Source: Phoronis australis
Lineage: Eukaryota; Animalia; Phoronida
Assembly (NCBI GenBank): GCA_002633005.1
Contig: NMRA01000768.1
Span: forward strand, 45,247-109,246
DNA: 64,000 nt
Direction of reading: 5' to 3'
The notes beneath the pieces are model-generated. The model saw only the letters and a program-made list of their open reading frames with translations. It was not told the DNA's origin and searched no databases. Positions 61,709 to 64,000 of the stretch are shown here, in pieces (the first letter of the stretch is position 1; every line of letters starts with the position of its first letter). The position numbers and the translations under genes are program-made.

Positions 61709-64000
61709 CCTAACGAATTAGCAATTTTAAGGATTATATACGAGTCCACGGTACACACGGAAGTCACTTGTAATAACACGCGCATGAAAAAGACTTTATT
61801 CGTTAAGCATACAACTGTACATTTCAAAGCTTAAATAATCGGACTCCCAAGTATGTATTCTCATTAGTAGCAACAACAAACGTACCGTATGTATACCTGG
61901 TTGCCCAATGAAAAGTTGTAAGTTAAAAGACTTGTCAGCTGAGTCATACACGAGCCATGTCAGTTTGCTTCCGTTGTGAACAGTTTACATTTTACGCAAA
62001 TATGTGATCAACATTAATATTATTCCAGTCTATACTATTTTTAAAGATCCACAAATTTACCATATATACCATTGATTCCATTCTATACTATCATTAATTT
62101 TTTTTCGCAAATTTTCGGTCTATTCTATTATTCTACTCTTCTAGTGGCAAAAAATGTCGAGTCTATACTTTCATTCCAGTCTCTATTATTATAAGAAATC
62201 TTGGAAATTTCCGGTCTATACTATTATAGCTGTCTCTACAACTATTCGGAACTGGAGAGTAAGCATTTATTTTGGTACCCCGTTAACACTGGACAAAATG
62301 ATCAGTGTCAGCAGACGAGCCCACTGAAGGAACAGACACCAGCGTTCAATCAAACTACACTTTGCACAAGCATACTAGTCCTTACAACAAAATAATGCCC
62401 TTGTTTATGCATTTGCCCATATTAAGTTTAACTGATCTCTTTGCATTGACATTGTTTGGCATGTAGACTGTATGCAGTTCACAAGGTCTAAGGCCTCAAC
62501 TTGTCATTAAAAAAATGGGTGACAAATTGATTGCACTCAAGTTGTGCATGAACGTCAAGGGTCTATTGATTAGACATGGATATGACTCAGTAAATGATAA
62601 AAACAACATGCTTTGGCTGGAAATCTTACGAAACAACTACTGAAAATGTACTTACTACTAACTTATTATCAGACAGGGCACCACAAACATACTCTGCTCA
62701 ATTACAATCCCATTCTATCATCATCTCAGTAAAGGGCACGGATTAAACCATGTGCTACAGGATTTTTAATGAGACAAACTTCTTGAACCACATCAAAATG
62801 GTCAAAAACACCTTCAGTGACCATTACCGTTTAGTCTCATGATTTCACACAACACAGAAATTGAATACGTGGAATTTATAAATGTAATGCAGTCATTGAC
62901 TGAAGAAATCTTTGATCAACTTGATGGTGAATTATTATAAAAAATCTTCAGTTTAGAATACACTGTGGCTGGCGAGCAGACTTTTATTTTGTCAAATTTC
63001 CCAACATAACATTAGTATAACAGAATTTTTACTTCTTCAGTGGCATGGTTTGTAGTACAATAGGCACTAATTGAAATTTAATAAACTCTGAGCATTTGCA
63101 ACATCATGTGGCAAAACTTTCAGAAATTTTAAAATGTTGATTTTAGGAATTTATTTTGTCGCAAGACTCACTAATTTGTACCGAAAGTCATGCACACTAT
63201 CAATAAGTAGGCACAGTGGTTGTGCGGCTCAGTCATTAGCTGATGGACCTGGTCCTGTCTTCACATTTGACCATATTAATCTCAGTAGCTTCACCGTTTA
63301 TATTACCATAGTTCTTTTCCTCAGAGTTCATTTGTGTTTTTAACAAGCACATTTTGAATTTGCTCCCTGATGCCACTATACAGCTTTGCACTGAAAAAAT
63401 GGCCAAAGAAAATCTGACTCAAAATTAAAAACCAAGCGTTTCCTTGAGTAAAGTAAATAATTACTTGAGCTATACATTGTTGCTTTGCCCGAATCTACCG
63501 TTATTCTGCGGCTAAATTTACAGAGCGATCTCATGCGGCAACTTTCAGTGTATAGAAATGGAGAGTCACCTTTCAGATTATTTCTTTTTTTGCCGATTCT
63601 TCAACCCACTGCTCTTCTTCCACAAACTTATGTACAAGTCACAACAAATTATCGGAACTGGTTTCACTTCGACATGTAGGTTTTTAGTATTTTAATCCAG
63701 CAAACCGAATTTCTGAGCAAATTTTGCTTTGGTGAAGTTGCCATGATCTTATGAAAAAAGATGCAAAAATTTAGCAAATTACGCGTATGAGTATTACAAG
63801 CATACCAAGCGTACTGTCGATGACAGACGTTCCTTTGTTACCGGAGAATTATGACATATGTAAGAAAATTACATATATTAGATCGTTTTTCACAGAAACA
63901 GCAGTAGTGGGCAGAATCATGGGCGGCGCACCATAGGGGGCTGGGGGGGGGGCTATAGCCACCCCCTTTTCCAGTGCTACGCTACACATGGTCTATAGGC

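Larger units (their letters stand above)
61274..62259. mobile_element. Outer TA-flanked TIR element hosting nested insertions
   Basis: TA|CTCTTGAGTTCCGAATAG...CTATTCGGAACTGGAGAG|TA; GTCTATACTATT-type subterminal repeats at 62020-62240. Confidence 0.6.

Noticed and set aside
63919-63970. G-rich tract suggesting a promoter or G-quadruplex
   Set aside because: Resembles a common non-autonomous DNA-transposon terminus and is cut off by the window edge, so it cannot be supported

Overview
AT-rich eukaryotic (animal, probably invertebrate) genomic DNA dominated by one large intron-rich gene on the minus strand: an R3-subfamily receptor-type protein tyrosine phosphatase (PTP10D/PTPRB-like). I traced 32 coding exons by hand from 52679 down to a stop at 6034. 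Splice phases are consistent and the exons total 6129 nt (about 2042 aa). They encode 16 FN3 repeats, a Cys-containing membrane-proximal module with an RRRR furin-type site, one TM helix, a single intact PTP domain ([23 protein letters not shown]) and a C-terminal YEN motif. The signal-peptide/start exon was not identified and may lie beyond the window. About 1.77 kb carrying three PTP exons appears twice around a 689-N gap, most likely as a haplotype-derived false duplication. Introns and the presumed 3' UTR hold many non-autonomous transposons (Kolobok-like, Helentron/HINE, Tc1/pogo-type MITEs with two nested insertions, hAT-like, Harbinger-like, tRNA-derived SINEs) and tandem repeats. I found no convincing new biological system. 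The most notable items are a GC-AG intron, an atypical WPD loop, the furin site, a HINE packed with CTCF-like motifs, tandemly duplicated splice acceptors and possible alternative C-termini.
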